From: Rhodoferax sp.
GTDB taxonomy: Bacteria > Pseudomonadota > Gammaproteobacteria > Burkholderiales > Burkholderiaceae_C
Direction: 5' to 3'
Assembly (NCBI GenBank): GCA_030683195.1
Contig: JAUXQA010000336.1
Span: 1 to 50,338, forward strand
Length of the DNA stretch: 50,338 nt
In this document: piece by piece, positions 10,300 through 20,007 of the stretch
Layout: each line of letters begins with the position of its first letter
Position numbering within the stretch: the stretch's first letter is position 1
Made by a program: the position numbers and the translations under genes
The notes under the pieces: model-generated
Told to the model about the DNA's origin: nothing
Databases searched by the model: none
The model's input: the letters and a program-made list of their open reading frames with translations, nothing else

Positions 10300-10760
10300 C
10301 AGGCAAATACGCCGTGTTCAATTCGTCCCAAGGTCCTCACTACGGCACCTGAGCCTAACTCGGTATCCAAAAGAGATAGAGGACTGCTGCCGCCTAAAGC
10401 CGCATTGGGGCATTTAAGCCAGCTCATTGCGGTTTGTTTGTCCTCAAAAACCTCTACAGCGCGTTCAATCACTTGTGCCAAGCGCACCAATTTTCCAGAC
10501 TCATCGGCGCTTAAAACGCCTTCTTTTTTGCGCCTTGCGAGCGTACGTTCAGGAATATCCAGAGCCCGTGACAACTCAGATTGGCCAATACCCATCACCC
10601 GCACAACAGCATCTACCGCACCGGCTGAAATGCCCTGACGCACCAGCGCAATCCATTCAAGAACTGAGCGAGGCGAGGCATGCAGCACAGACTCGCCCCC
10701 CAACACCGATGCGACTGACAAGCCCGTCACGACTTCGCGTCCAAGAATTGCTGTAGTCAT
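10299..10760 (-). CDS. Xre/MbcA/ParS-type antitoxin
   Basis: HTH with IPERTLARRK and C-terminal WL..PN.ALGG..PL.LLDTE.G...V...L.RIEHG; overlaps the toxin start by 1 nt. Confidence 0.92.
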   Translation of the reverse strand: MTTAILGREVVTGLSVASVLGGESVLHASPRSVLEWIALVRQGISAGAVDAVVRVMGIGQSELSRALDIPERTLARRKKEGVLSADESGKLVRLAQVIERAVEVFEDKQTAMSWLKCPNAALGGSSPLSLLDTELGSGAVVRTLGRIEHGVFA

Positions 10761-11041
10761 AAATAACTTTTTTATGCCAAATGGCTTAAATTATAAACAA
10801 AAATGGCTTGATTGACGCCGCGAGGTTGTTTCAGGAATGAGAGGGCGGGCTGACTCATCCGACCCTTTCAGCCAACGTCGCCCAAGTCCGCCTTGGAGTT
10901 CAACACCGGGTGATCAAAATTCAAAACTTCAAGAACATCGACCCTCACAGCCGGGATTTCTTCTTAAAACGAAATGCGTCTTGTTTCGATTTGGAAAGTG
11001 CCCCAGGTACAAAGATACATAAATTTCGTATTTTTCGTATA

Positions 11042-11065
11042 GTACGATAATGACCGTTATCATGC
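11042..11065. other. Candidate tyrosine-recombinase core (resolution) site
   Basis: gtacGATAA-tgaccg-TTATCatgc: imperfect 9-bp arms around a 6-bp spacer in AT-rich DNA about 85 bp upstream of the recombinase. Confidence 0.45.
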
Positions 11066-11149
11066 ATCAAATTTGGAAATTGATCAGGGCAGGGCGGGCA
11101 ACGCCCCACCCGGGGACGCTGAAGCGGCAGGCACAACAGGAGTGAAGCA

Positions 11150-13300
11150 ATGGGGAATTTGACGCCATCGTCTGGCAGGACTTGGGTCGTGGATGAGGAG
11201 GACGAGGATGTCGACGTCATCGACGTGCCGTCAGCGAATTCCTTGCCGGCCACCGAACCGAAGAAGTCCGGGCGACCACGCGGCAGCTTGGGTCGGGTGA
11301 ATGACGAGCACGACCTGACCCTCAGTGATTTCTCGTTCATGCGCGCAGTCGTTCAAGGGATCGACCCCAAGAAAGCCGCTTTACGGTACCTGCATGGCAA
11401 GGTCTACTTGAGTGACGCCGCCTGTGCCGAACACGAGCGCCGCCTGCGCGTGCTGCTCCAGCGCACGATCAAGGTGTTTTTTGACGAATCCCAGAAATCT
11501 CAAGCCTTGCGCCACTATGACGCCTTGATGGCCCCCGTTGTCCAGGCGGTCGCCATGGGACCTTCGCTGGAAGACTTCGCGCAGCGCTTTGATTCGGACA
11601 TGTACAGCGAACGTGAGCTGCAGGAGCTTTACGCCGAAGAATATGGCGATACGCTGGATCAGGGGCAGGATGCTGGGGGCAGCATCAAGTCCAAACTGGC
11701 CGCACTCAACTGGCTGGCCGAACGCGTAGCCCTGAAGCCCGATCCGCTGGATCCGATCGAGCGCTGGATCGAACTGAGCTTGGTGTCCAAACTTCGTGCC
11801 CAGGGTGTGATCTCCATTGGCAACCTGATGGACTGGGTCAATCTGCAGGGCCGGTCCTTCTATCTGCGCGTCAAAGGCTTGGGCGTCACCCGGGCCCGGC
11901 GCTTGGCGTTGTGGTTGATGGACAACGAGGATTACATTGGAAATCGCCTGAACAGAAGGATCAGATTCCAGGCCGCATCAGAAGAAACCGCCCTGGCCGT
12001 GCTGGATGTCGTGGATGTTCGGCCACGTGACCTGTCCGTGCAAGTGATGGGCATCGTTCCACTGGAGGTCTTCGCCTGGCCGGTGTCATTGATGGGATTG
12101 GACGGCGTGTTTCGCAGCCAAGGACCGAATACCCTTGGGGTGTCCAACGACAAGGAGGCGATCGAGGCCTGGTTTGCCACGCTGGCCAACACCGCATCGA
12201 TTGACACTCAAGTGAGCTACCAGCGCGCGATCGAGCGTCTGGTGCTGTGGGCCATCGTTGAACGCAGAACCCCGCTCTCATCGTTGTTTACCGCCCACTT
12301 TTTGGAATTCAGGGAGTTTCTGCGCTCTCCCCCGCTTCACTGGTGCACCCGGTTTCCCACGGTCAAGACCTCGCCCGATTGGAGGCCTCTGAGAGGCTCC
12401 ATGAAAGAAGCCTCCATCCAACAGACCTTCAGTGCGATCTCGTCTCTGTTTGCGGCCTTGAACGCCTGCGGGTACCTCACCGCCAATGCGGTGTCGAGCG
12501 TGAGAACCAGCACCAAGCGGGACCTTCGCATGGATGTGATGCGGTCTTTCTCGGAAGAGGATCTGCTGTCCATCGGTGCGACCCTGCGCGAGATGCCCGA
12601 TGGTCCGCACAAGCGCCGGCTGCGCGCAATCATTCTGCTGCTGCAGACCGGGGGCTTCCGGCGCCAGGAGGCGATCTCGCTGCGCTATGGGGATCTGTCG
12701 CCCGTGCGCTCTGACAACCGGCTCACGAACATCTGGGTCGCCAAGTTTGTTGGGAAAGGCGGCGTAGAGCGCCAGGTGCCTATCCAGGCAGAAACCTATG
12801 AGGCGTTGCAAGACCACTACCGTGATCGTCAGGCACTGATGACACACAGTGCGCCGACCAGGACTGGTGCGGTCAAGCCGGCGCCACTGGCGGCGTATGC
12901 CGATGTGCCCTATGCAGAAACGCCATTGATTGGGGTGCTCGACGACAGGTTTTCCAGCGGGCGCGCCGCATCAGAGGGTGATACGCCCGGTCATGCCAGA
13001 GTCAAGGCGAATCTGGAGGGTGGGTTGTCCTATGGGCGCGTACACAGCATCCTCAAGGCCTTCTTTGTGAAGGTGTCTGAACGCAATGATCTTCCCGAAG
13101 GCCATGCTGATTTCCTGAAGGCCTCCGCGCACTGGATGCGCCATACGTTTGGGCACCAGGCCATGATCGCCTCCAAGGGGGACCTCGCCGCGATCCAGCA
13201 GATACTGGGGCATGCGGACATCTCGACGACGGGCATTTATCTGAAGGCCGATTTGGCGTCGAGGGTCGCTGTTGTACAAGGCATCAAGGGAGCAGTCTGA
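11150..13300 (+). CDS. Large tyrosine recombinase / integrase-resolvase (DUF3701-like N-terminal region)
   Basis: Catalytic motifs TGGFRRQE, GKGG, HWMRHT, LGHADISTTGIY; 716 aa. Confidence 0.9.
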   Translation: MGNLTPSSGRTWVVDEEDEDVDVIDVPSANSLPATEPKKSGRPRGSLGRVNDEHDLTLSDFSFMRAVVQGIDPKKAALRYLHGKVYLSDAACAEHERRLRVLLQRTIKVFFDESQKSQALRHYDALMAPVVQAVAMGPSLEDFAQRFDSDMYSERELQELYAEEYGDTLDQGQDAGGSIKSKLAALNWLAERVALKPDPLDPIERWIELSLVSKLRAQGVISIGNLMDWVNLQGRSFYLRVKGLGVTRARRLALWLMDNEDYIGNRLNRRIRFQAASEETALAVLDVVDVRPRDLSVQVMGIVPLEVFAWPVSLMGLDGVFRSQGPNTLGVSNDKEAIEAWFATLANTASIDTQVSYQRAIERLVLWAIVERRTPLSSLFTAHFLEFREFLRSPPLHWCTRFPTVKTSPDWRPLRGSMKEASIQQTFSAISSLFAALNACGYLTANAVSSVRTSTKRDLRMDVMRSFSEEDLLSIGATLREMPDGPHKRRLRAIILLLQTGGFRRQEAISLRYGDLSPVRSDNRLTNIWVAKFVGKGGVERQVPIQAETYEALQDHYRDRQALMTHSAPTRTGAVKPAPLAAYADVPYAETPLIGVLDDRFSSGRAASEGDTPGHARVKANLEGGLSYGRVHSILKAFFVKVSERNDLPEGHADFLKASAHWMRHTFGHQAMIASKGDLAAIQQILGHADISTTGIYLKADLASRVAVVQGIKGAV

Positions 13301-13504
13301 CCAAAACTCCATAAAAATCAACAAGAGTCTAATGTCACGAGTTTGAAGCTGAAATATTTGCAGTTGAGCCATTTTCTGACGGCTTCTGCCGACTAAGACC
13401 TTGAATAGTGAGGTTTGCTGGGAGTAGTGATTGAAGACGTCGTGTCAAATGACTAGCTCAGTTCAGCGAATCCTCCATCGTTAGCAACAGCTATTCAAAA
13501 CGAC

Positions 13505-14314
13505 ATGAAAGAACCAAAAAAATATCCATCAACGTTTGATGTCAAACGGAAGAGGTGGGCATTCAATCTTTGGTCACAGCAGAAACGGACAGAAAAGGTC
13601 TCCAGTATTTGTCAAAGATGGCTGAACGAGATGGGCATTGAGTTGAGCAGAGAGATTTATCAGGTCGTCACCAGGAGCAGGCAGCACGTATATCTAGTAC
13701 GTCTTCACATGCAAGACCGTAGAGCCTTTCCGGCTGCAGATTTACTTGCAATTAGACTTTTTTTGACGCTGAAGGTAGAGGAAGAGCTTTGTCTTGAATC
13801 AAGATCGATCAGGATTTTTTTGCAAGCAAACGTTGAAGCAAAGTCGATCAAGATGGACCCGAAGTCAATCACATCTTTGTGGCTCCATAACCGAATTTCT
13901 GGTCACTTTTCAAAGAGATCCAAAAAAGCGCCGAGCGCAGGCCCGTTATTTGGAAATATTATCGAAGACCTAAAGGAGCTTGATCAACTCATATCTTATG
14001 AGGAACCGATCGATTGGATGTATGCACAACCTGCACCTGCAGAACTGATATCCAACATGACGCCAGTGCAAGAGAGAGGCCACAATAGTGTCATTGCCGA
14101 GCCAGATCAGTTGCAACCCGATTCTGTTCTTCCGGTAGGCGTCTGGGTGGAGTTGAAGGTCAATCAAATCTGGATTCGCACTCAATTGTCCTGGATAAAT
14201 CCAGACGAAAAAATGTATCTGTTTACTAGTGCCTGTGGCAGAACACAGTCCATGACAAGGCGGATGCGTGACAAATTGATCTCCAACGGTTTAATTCGTC
14301 TTATTTCCTGCTAG
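13505..14314 (+). CDS. Hypothetical protein with DUF1631-like C-terminal domain
   Basis: C-terminus LPVGVWVEL...RTQLSWINPDEKMYLFTSACG resembles the DUF1631 C-terminus; AT-richer than the recombinase gene. Confidence 0.55.
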   Translation: MKEPKKYPSTFDVKRKRWAFNLWSQQKRTEKVSSICQRWLNEMGIELSREIYQVVTRSRQHVYLVRLHMQDRRAFPAADLLAIRLFLTLKVEEELCLESRSIRIFLQANVEAKSIKMDPKSITSLWLHNRISGHFSKRSKKAPSAGPLFGNIIEDLKELDQLISYEEPIDWMYAQPAPAELISNMTPVQERGHNSVIAEPDQLQPDSVLPVGVWVELKVNQIWIRTQLSWINPDEKMYLFTSACGRTQSMTRRMRDKLISNGLIRLISC

Positions 14315-14440
14315 GCTAAATGCGCCCTTTCCCGTGTCAAAAAGGTAAAACGAGCGACTTTTTCACTGGATGGCGGGCAAATTTGACACGTGTAGGATGC
14401 GCCTGGTCGCCAAGACAAGCTCTCAACACTCCAAATGAAG

Positions 14441-14465
14441 AACCCCGCCAGTAACGGGCGGGGTT
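14441..14465. terminator. Hairpin terminator between convergent genes
   Basis: AACCCCGCC-N7-GGCGGGGTT. Confidence 0.6.
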
Positions 14466-14477
14466 CAGGAGACTCAC

Positions 14478-15401
14478 CTATTGAGCTTCCGAATGCGAAC
14501 CAGCTGCGATTACGCAGATAATTTTCTCGATCATTTCTTTCAAATCGAGTGGCAGTGTTTCGAACGCCGCATCGGCCTTGACCCGTTCGATCGCGGTCAC
14601 CATGGCGGGTGCTGCCTTGGTAATCGCTTTCTTGCGAATCTGATCCGGCAAATGCTTGCGCGTGATCCCGGTTTTGCCATTTGCTTTCGCTGCGGTGACC
14701 GCCGTAGTGAGAATGACTGCGGCCTCATTGCCGTGGTTCCTGAGGGTTTCCAGTGCCACTGCAGCGGGAACTTCACCGGATCCAATCATTTGACGAATCA
14801 GTAAAGGCGCCCCGGCAATATTCAGAAGTTGATTGACGTACTCAACGGTGAAGTCGAGTTTTTCGGCAATGGTTGGCACTGACAAACCATACTTGAAGAG
14901 ACGTTTGACAGAGATCGCGAGTTCAAGAGTCGTGAATCGCTTTCCATCGTTTGATCGAACCAATGCAATCGTAAGATCCTCGATGGTGGTCGCTTTGTCT
15001 TGGAGAACAACTGGTACGGTGTCGGTTTGATAACCTTCAGAAATAGCCAGATGAAGTGCCTCCAGGCGGCAACCGCCCTCTGTAACTAACATCACGGGTT
15101 TCTTCCCATCCATTCCAGCGATGCATGCGAGTGGCTTGTGCGAGTAGAAACCTTCAAGCACTATGCTGTTCGCTATTTTGCGGATATGGGCTTCGTGAGC
15201 TGCGTTTTTGATGCGGGGGTTGAAGTCAGGGATCAAGCGCAGGGCATTGACACTGGCGAAAATTTGGCCGCCTTTCGTATGAGCGATAGAGGACAAAAGC
15301 GCCTTGTGATTGAAAACACCGATATCGGCGTCAAAATTGAACAAGGCCTGAGCTTGTGTGAACTGGGCTTCAGTCGAAGCCGTTTCAATAATGTTTTCCA
15401 T
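14478..15401 (-). CDS. ParB/Srx-like N-terminal domain protein with HTH
   Basis: FNPR, IANSI..EGF, EGGCRLEA (GxxR), SNDGKRFT.LE, then HTH IAEKLDFTVEYVNQLL; RBS AGGAG. No parA in the window. Confidence 0.8.
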   Translation of the reverse strand: MENIIETASTEAQFTQAQALFNFDADIGVFNHKALLSSIAHTKGGQIFASVNALRLIPDFNPRIKNAAHEAHIRKIANSIVLEGFYSHKPLACIAGMDGKKPVMLVTEGGCRLEALHLAISEGYQTDTVPVVLQDKATTIEDLTIALVRSNDGKRFTTLELAISVKRLFKYGLSVPTIAEKLDFTVEYVNQLLNIAGAPLLIRQMIGSGEVPAAVALETLRNHGNEAAVILTTAVTAAKANGKTGITRKHLPDQIRKKAITKAAPAMVTAIERVKADAAFETLPLDLKEMIEKIICVIAAGSHSEAQ

Positions 15402-15463
15402 GTTTTTCTCCTATGTTGACGTCCTGGATGGACATCAACCTTGTTGGTGATGTGACGCTGCTC

Positions 15464-15769
15464 TTAGCGTCGGTAAGGGTTGAATCGAATGCCGCGTTTT
15501 CGCATTTCGTTGCGTTGGTTGCGTTTCTTGGAGGCTATCCACGGCGGCAATTGCCAAAGCTGCTGGGGGTCTACGACCCCGGCGCGGCGGTTGATCCGCT
15601 CGTTCAGGGTTCCGCGCGCGAGGTCTGCCAGCCAACGAAATCTCGCACCGGTGTTGTTGACCATTTGCGATCCGTTGAAGCTCCAGCGCTTTGGGGCGCG
15701 ACGGAGGTAGTCGCGGATCTCGTTGGGATGAAGATCCGAGCCTGATGAGGCCGTCTGTGTATCGAACAT
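15464..15769 (-). CDS. Hypothetical protein
   Basis: Lies between co-oriented genes; the most protein-like of the overlapping frames. Confidence 0.5.
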   Translation of the reverse strand: MFDTQTASSGSDLHPNEIRDYLRRAPKRWSFNGSQMVNNTGARFRWLADLARGTLNERINRRAGVVDPQQLWQLPPWIASKKRNQRNEMRKRGIRFNPYRR

Positions 15770-15775
15770 TGTCAG

Positions 15776-16156
15776 TCAGACACAAGCGTCAGTGGATTGC
15801 ACGGCTTGAAGCAGCTCAATGCGATGGACTGCGTAGGCATACCCAATGGCACCCACCTCGTAGCCGCCAACAGAGTAGACGGTCACCTTGCCGGCGTCTT
15901 TGACTTTCTGGTCGTGCGCCCGCTGTTGCTCGTTGTTCGCCCGAAAGAAGGCCATACGTGACATCGGCTGTATTTTGTCTTCTTGTCGCGTTCTCGGGGT
16001 CAGCCCCTCCTTCAGCAGACAATCGACAAAAGCCTGTCTTGTCATGACGACATCCTTGTATCGGATCTGGGTCTGTAGTGTCTTTTTCGCCTGCCCCATT
16101 CGCATCGGAGTGAACCCCGACGCAGCGGAAAACGCTTCAAAATTGTTTGAATTCAT
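15776..16156 (-). CDS. Hypothetical protein
   Basis: 126-aa ORF with ATG start after a structured leader. Confidence 0.7.
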   Translation of the reverse strand: MNSNNFEAFSAASGFTPMRMGQAKKTLQTQIRYKDVVMTRQAFVDCLLKEGLTPRTRQEDKIQPMSRMAFFRANNEQQRAHDQKVKDAGKVTVYSVGGYEVGAIGYAYAVHRIELLQAVQSTDACV

Positions 16157-16354
16157 GATGTTGGTCTCTTAGAAAAGAAACGGTGACCACGACCCACCGG
16201 GCGCTGGTCCCGTTCAGGTTGTGTAAATTGCTAATACCCTCAGCTGGGATGCATGTAAGAAATACACGAATGTGAAGAATTTTACCCTCGAAAAAAAATC
16301 CCCCAAGACGCTTTTAGCGCCGTGGGAGACTTTCTGTTTGTTTATCGTGCGGGT

Positions 16355-17029
16355 TCAGTACGTCTGGACAAATCCGGCCCATTGAGGGCCTGGCGCAGTT
16401 TCGATGGCGACATTGCGCAGGCGTTCAAGCATGCGTTGTGAAACCGTCTTTCTGGCCAAAACACTGTTTGGAACCGGAACATGGGACAACTTCCACCCTG
16501 GCGGGCTGAATCTGAATCCAAGGGTCTTGTAACCAATGGGCTTTTGATGCGAGGCAAATCGCAGCGCAAGCGTCTGATGGTTCAACGCGGCATAAGGCAA
16601 CGGGGTGTGAACCGTCTTTCCACCGCCGTTGGGTGCGTAAAGCACTTCGACAACGCATCCGTTGTTGAAGGCGTCATTGACAACGCCTTTCCAATCCATC
16701 CAGATGGGTGAAGCCCCGCCCCAATACCCGAACTCGTCGATCAGAATGTGGCCGATGTTCTTGTAGCTTTGGTAGGACTGGATCATCCTTTTGTCGAAGT
16801 CAATCACCACGAAGCCATACCCCCTGGGGGCAGTTGCATACTCATAGACTTCGTGGCCTTTGAGGAAGGCAGCCGTTTGACTTTCGTGACCTTCAGGGCT
16901 GTTGAGCCAACGAGAATCCAGGGCCGCAAAGACGCACGACTTGTGCAACAGATAGCTGGTCTGTACGCCATTTCGTTTCACGCAGAGGTGAACCTTGTTT
17001 GCATCCTCAGAACGATCGGTTAGCAGCAT
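16355..17029 (-). CDS. Hypothetical protein
   Basis: 224-aa ORF overlapping the upstream gene end and followed by a hairpin with an A-tract. Confidence 0.65.
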   Translation of the reverse strand: MLLTDRSEDANKVHLCVKRNGVQTSYLLHKSCVFAALDSRWLNSPEGHESQTAAFLKGHEVYEYATAPRGYGFVVIDFDKRMIQSYQSYKNIGHILIDEFGYWGGASPIWMDWKGVVNDAFNNGCVVEVLYAPNGGGKTVHTPLPYAALNHQTLALRFASHQKPIGYKTLGFRFSPPGWKLSHVPVPNSVLARKTVSQRMLERLRNVAIETAPGPQWAGFVQTY

Positions 17030-17565
17030 GCTGCGACCCCCTGTACGTGGTGCATCGCATTGGCCTGGACCGAACTGTGGCCAGCCTCAAGCGCTGCCAG
17101 CTGGTACACCAGGCCCACGGCATGGAGAAGCGCAATAAACACCTCATTGGTCAAGTCTCCTTGGTGAAGGGTTGCCAGGGCTTGTGGCGCTCCAAATGCT
17201 GAGTTGCAAGTGAGGCTGACCACCGGCGCAGGATCAGGATTCAAGCGGTCATCGAGAAGGCCCGGTAAGCGTCCTGGCAGTATCGGGTAGGCGCCGTAGC
17301 CGGGGGATTCGAGGCCACACAGCTCATGCGTGAACATCCGAAAGACGGAGACAGATTCTTTCTCTGGCTCAAAATTCAGCGCATCGCACTCGGTAATCAC
17401 CTGCTCGGTGGGTTCCTTGTCAAAACGGAGTGTGTACGCTGTTTCGCCAAATCTGTGTTTGTGGACCACGGCATAGGCCATTTGCTGGTCCAAGTTGTCG
17501 GCCTTTTCAAGAAGCGCGTTGGCGGCCAGGCGCAGGGATTGCGCTGCCGGATTGGTGTTTTTCAT
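17020..17565 (-). CDS. Hypothetical protein
   Basis: 181-aa ORF downstream of a CAACCC-led structured leader. Confidence 0.65.
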   Translation of the reverse strand: MKNTNPAAQSLRLAANALLEKADNLDQQMAYAVVHKHRFGETAYTLRFDKEPTEQVITECDALNFEPEKESVSVFRMFTHELCGLESPGYGAYPILPGRLPGLLDDRLNPDPAPVVSLTCNSAFGAPQALATLHQGDLTNEVFIALLHAVGLVYQLAALEAGHSSVQANAMHHVQGVAACC

Positions 17566-17665
17566 TGTGTTGAATAGAAAAACGGACCTCAGCCCTTTCG
17601 GGTATGGAGGCCCGAAGGGTTGATATGTGCAACCAGATTGCCTGGTTGGTGTTATTGACGGGGGA

Positions 17666-18199
17666 TCAGCAAGCCCATTCCGGGTGTGCTTTTCTGTCTC
17701 TGCTGATTACAGTTTCGATCGCATTCAGAACTTCATCAACAGGGTTCAGAAACCGATCATTTCCCATCATCGCGAATGGCCGAATGTACCCGGATGAGTT
17801 GTAGTGGATGCAGACGAAATGCTGTGACAACGTGGCATTGACCGTGAGTTGGTAGGTCTGTGTCTTGCTGATGTAGGCCGTCACAAACGTGGCCAGCGTG
17901 GTGTCCAAAGTGGGATCAGGTTGTTCTGCCGCCATCCACTCTTTGAAGTGTTTTTCGATGCCAGAAGCAGCAACTTCAATGCAAACCTCTTCAAGTTCCT
18001 TGCGGGCCTTGTGAAACATGGGTTTCGCCACCGACGCTGTCCACAACTTCCCGGTCGCTGCGTCATGAAGGTAGAAAAATACAGATCCACCCAGGACTTG
18101 ATCGGGATTGATGACATTCAAGTTCCAGCCGCCTGCACTGTTCACGACTTTTACCGTATCCAGGCGCGCGGCCTGTTTGTCTGTGAAGGATGATTCCAT
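17666..18199 (-). CDS. Hypothetical protein
   Basis: Start MESSF forms a TGATG overlap with the upstream gene stop. Confidence 0.65.
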   Translation of the reverse strand: MESSFTDKQAARLDTVKVVNSAGGWNLNVINPDQVLGGSVFFYLHDAATGKLWTASVAKPMFHKARKELEEVCIEVAASGIEKHFKEWMAAEQPDPTLDTTLATFVTAYISKTQTYQLTVNATLSQHFVCIHYNSSGYIRPFAMMGNDRFLNPVDEVLNAIETVISRDRKAHPEWAC

Positions 18200-18576
18200 C
18201 AAGCGGTTCCAGCAATAAATACGGTGGCCTGGGCGCCTGGGTAGAACGTGGACTTCCATGCATCGCCAGGGCTGTTGCGGCCTTCAAGGCAGATCAACTC
18301 CACGTCATCCAGGCCACGGTCATTGCCGAGGCACGTAAAGACAACTTTCGCCATGCTCACGGTGCAGGGCGTGGTGATGAGTTCACCCTTGATGCGTTTT
18401 GAAACGAGAAGACTCCCCGTTGCCGCATCCTTGAAAAAGTGCGTCATGTGCGACAAGAACGCCGGTCTGGCACGCTCCCCGGTCACAAGCTGATTGAGAA
18501 CTGGGCGACCCCTGTCGTTGACCACCCATCCCGCAGTTCTGCAGTTTGAGTCGAGATTGTTATGCTGTTTTTTCAT
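18199..18576 (-). CDS. Hypothetical protein
   Basis: Start MKKQH follows leader copy B. Confidence 0.6.
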   Translation of the reverse strand: MKKQHNNLDSNCRTAGWVVNDRGRPVLNQLVTGERARPAFLSHMTHFFKDAATGSLLVSKRIKGELITTPCTVSMAKVVFTCLGNDRGLDDVELICLEGRNSPGDAWKSTFYPGAQATVFIAGTA

Positions 18577-18629
18577 TGTGAGTTGGCGGCATGCCCTTGG
18601 GGACATTGCCACCCGTGGGTTGATTTGAA

Positions 18630-18679
18630 TGCTGATGAGTCAGCTCTACTGTTCCAAAGGAATAAGTGATTTGATAATA
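18630..18679 (-). promoter_or_regulatory. Structured leader copy B
   Basis: TATTAT ... TTCC-ttt-GGAA ... GAGCTGA-ctca-TCAGCA. Confidence 0.75.
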
Positions 18680-18693
18680 GCAGAAGCAAAACG

Positions 18694-18737
18694 AAAAGAC
18701 CCCCGCAAGACACCCAAGTGGGTGCCCTGCGGGGGTC
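18694..18737 (-). terminator. Intrinsic terminator after the WGR-ligase gene
   Basis: GACCCCCGCA...TGCGGGGGTC with a U-tract on the minus strand. Confidence 0.7.
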
Positions 18738-18770
18738 ATAGTCGATGCAGTAACGCGCTGGCTCAGCGGC

Positions 18771-19883
18771 CTAAAGGAAGGTCCCCAAATGGTGATCCTG
18801 GTCCTGCGGCTTGTGCCGGGAGATTTGCTGGAATGAACATTCGTCCCGGTCAACGTCTTTACGCGGACTCTTGTTGTCCGGGTCATAAACCGGAATTTCA
18901 AAAGCCACGCCGTTGAAGTACATGTACTGCACATCAACGAGGTCGTCCTTCTCTGGTACCGGCTTATTGATTGGAATTGTCACATTTCCACAACTCACAA
19001 CCACACCATCCCCGTTGAGCAACCCGATTTGCACGGAACGCTGGGCGTTCCTGGCAATCACGATGCAGGTGCAGATTTCCCGAAGAACAAACTTCAGGGT
19101 ATCGGTGCCGCGTCCCTGACGGTAGGCCACTCCCGCATTCTTTGCAACAATCCCTTCAAGCTGGGTTTCCTTCACATGCTGGAGCAACGCTTGCTTTGAA
19201 GCTTGCGAGTAATGACACTCGATGACCCCGAAGCTCGGTGCGACGTTGGACATGCCCTCATACATCCTGCACAACATTGCGTAGCGCCGTCGTTGTGGCA
19301 AGCCGCGGAGGTCCTCGCCACGATGCTCAAGAAGGTCGAACGCAAGAAAGCGGTCGCCCACATGCTCGCCGTTGGCAACGAATGGGCCAAACGCCCTGAA
19401 TTCTTCGACCCAGTGCGAGGGAATCGAGACAAGCTGCCCCTTTTTGTTCCCCCCGTGGCCGCACCCGTTTTCATCCATGCGAAACAGGCGGTTTTCACCG
19501 TTGGCCTTGATTTGAAATCCCCATCCGTCATCAGGTATCAGGGACTGCAGATCCTTCTGATTGATGGCAGTGGGTTGCTGCGGGAACATGCCAAAGAGGG
19601 CCTTGGCGTCAGGGATGCTGTCGTAGGCGGTGCCGGCGGCACCCTCGGTGTAATGGCTTTCTCCATTCTTCTTTTTATTGACCAATCGGTCGAAGATCTT
19701 GATCGCCATCGCATAGTCCACTGGCGTGTCTGTTTTGGTTCCGGTCTTGAGTGCCCCGCCACGGGCGCCATGTGCGAAGTCCACGGTCCAGGCACCCTCT
19801 TTTTCTCTCACGTATGCGTGATATTCCTTGTCCGCACCGTTGTGCTGCGAGTAGAGGGAAGTGCTTTTTTTAGATTGTTCCAT
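18771..19883 (-). CDS. WGR-domain ATP-dependent polynucleotide ligase-like protein
   Basis: N-terminal WGR-like domain (DKEYH...WTVDFAHGARG...KKK..Y); nucleotidyltransferase motifs QIKANG, NGE, AFDLL, EGIVAK, LKF; OB-like C-terminus. Start MEQSKK at 19883. Confidence 0.8.
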   Translation of the reverse strand: MEQSKKSTSLYSQHNGADKEYHAYVREKEGAWTVDFAHGARGGALKTGTKTDTPVDYAMAIKIFDRLVNKKKNGESHYTEGAAGTAYDSIPDAKALFGMFPQQPTAINQKDLQSLIPDDGWGFQIKANGENRLFRMDENGCGHGGNKKGQLVSIPSHWVEEFRAFGPFVANGEHVGDRFLAFDLLEHRGEDLRGLPQRRRYAMLCRMYEGMSNVAPSFGVIECHYSQASKQALLQHVKETQLEGIVAKNAGVAYRQGRGTDTLKFVLREICTCIVIARNAQRSVQIGLLNGDGVVVSCGNVTIPINKPVPEKDDLVDVQYMYFNGVAFEIPVYDPDNKSPRKDVDRDECSFQQISRHKPQDQDHHLGTFL

Positions 19884-20007
19884 GATGATTTCCATAAAGA
19901 AAAAGAACCAGGTGGCAGAGTAACTGCAACGATGGCTCTTGTTGATGAGTGAATTCCAGCCAACCCACTGCCTGTCATTGCAGGTTGGGTTGGGCGATGG
20001 ATTGGGG

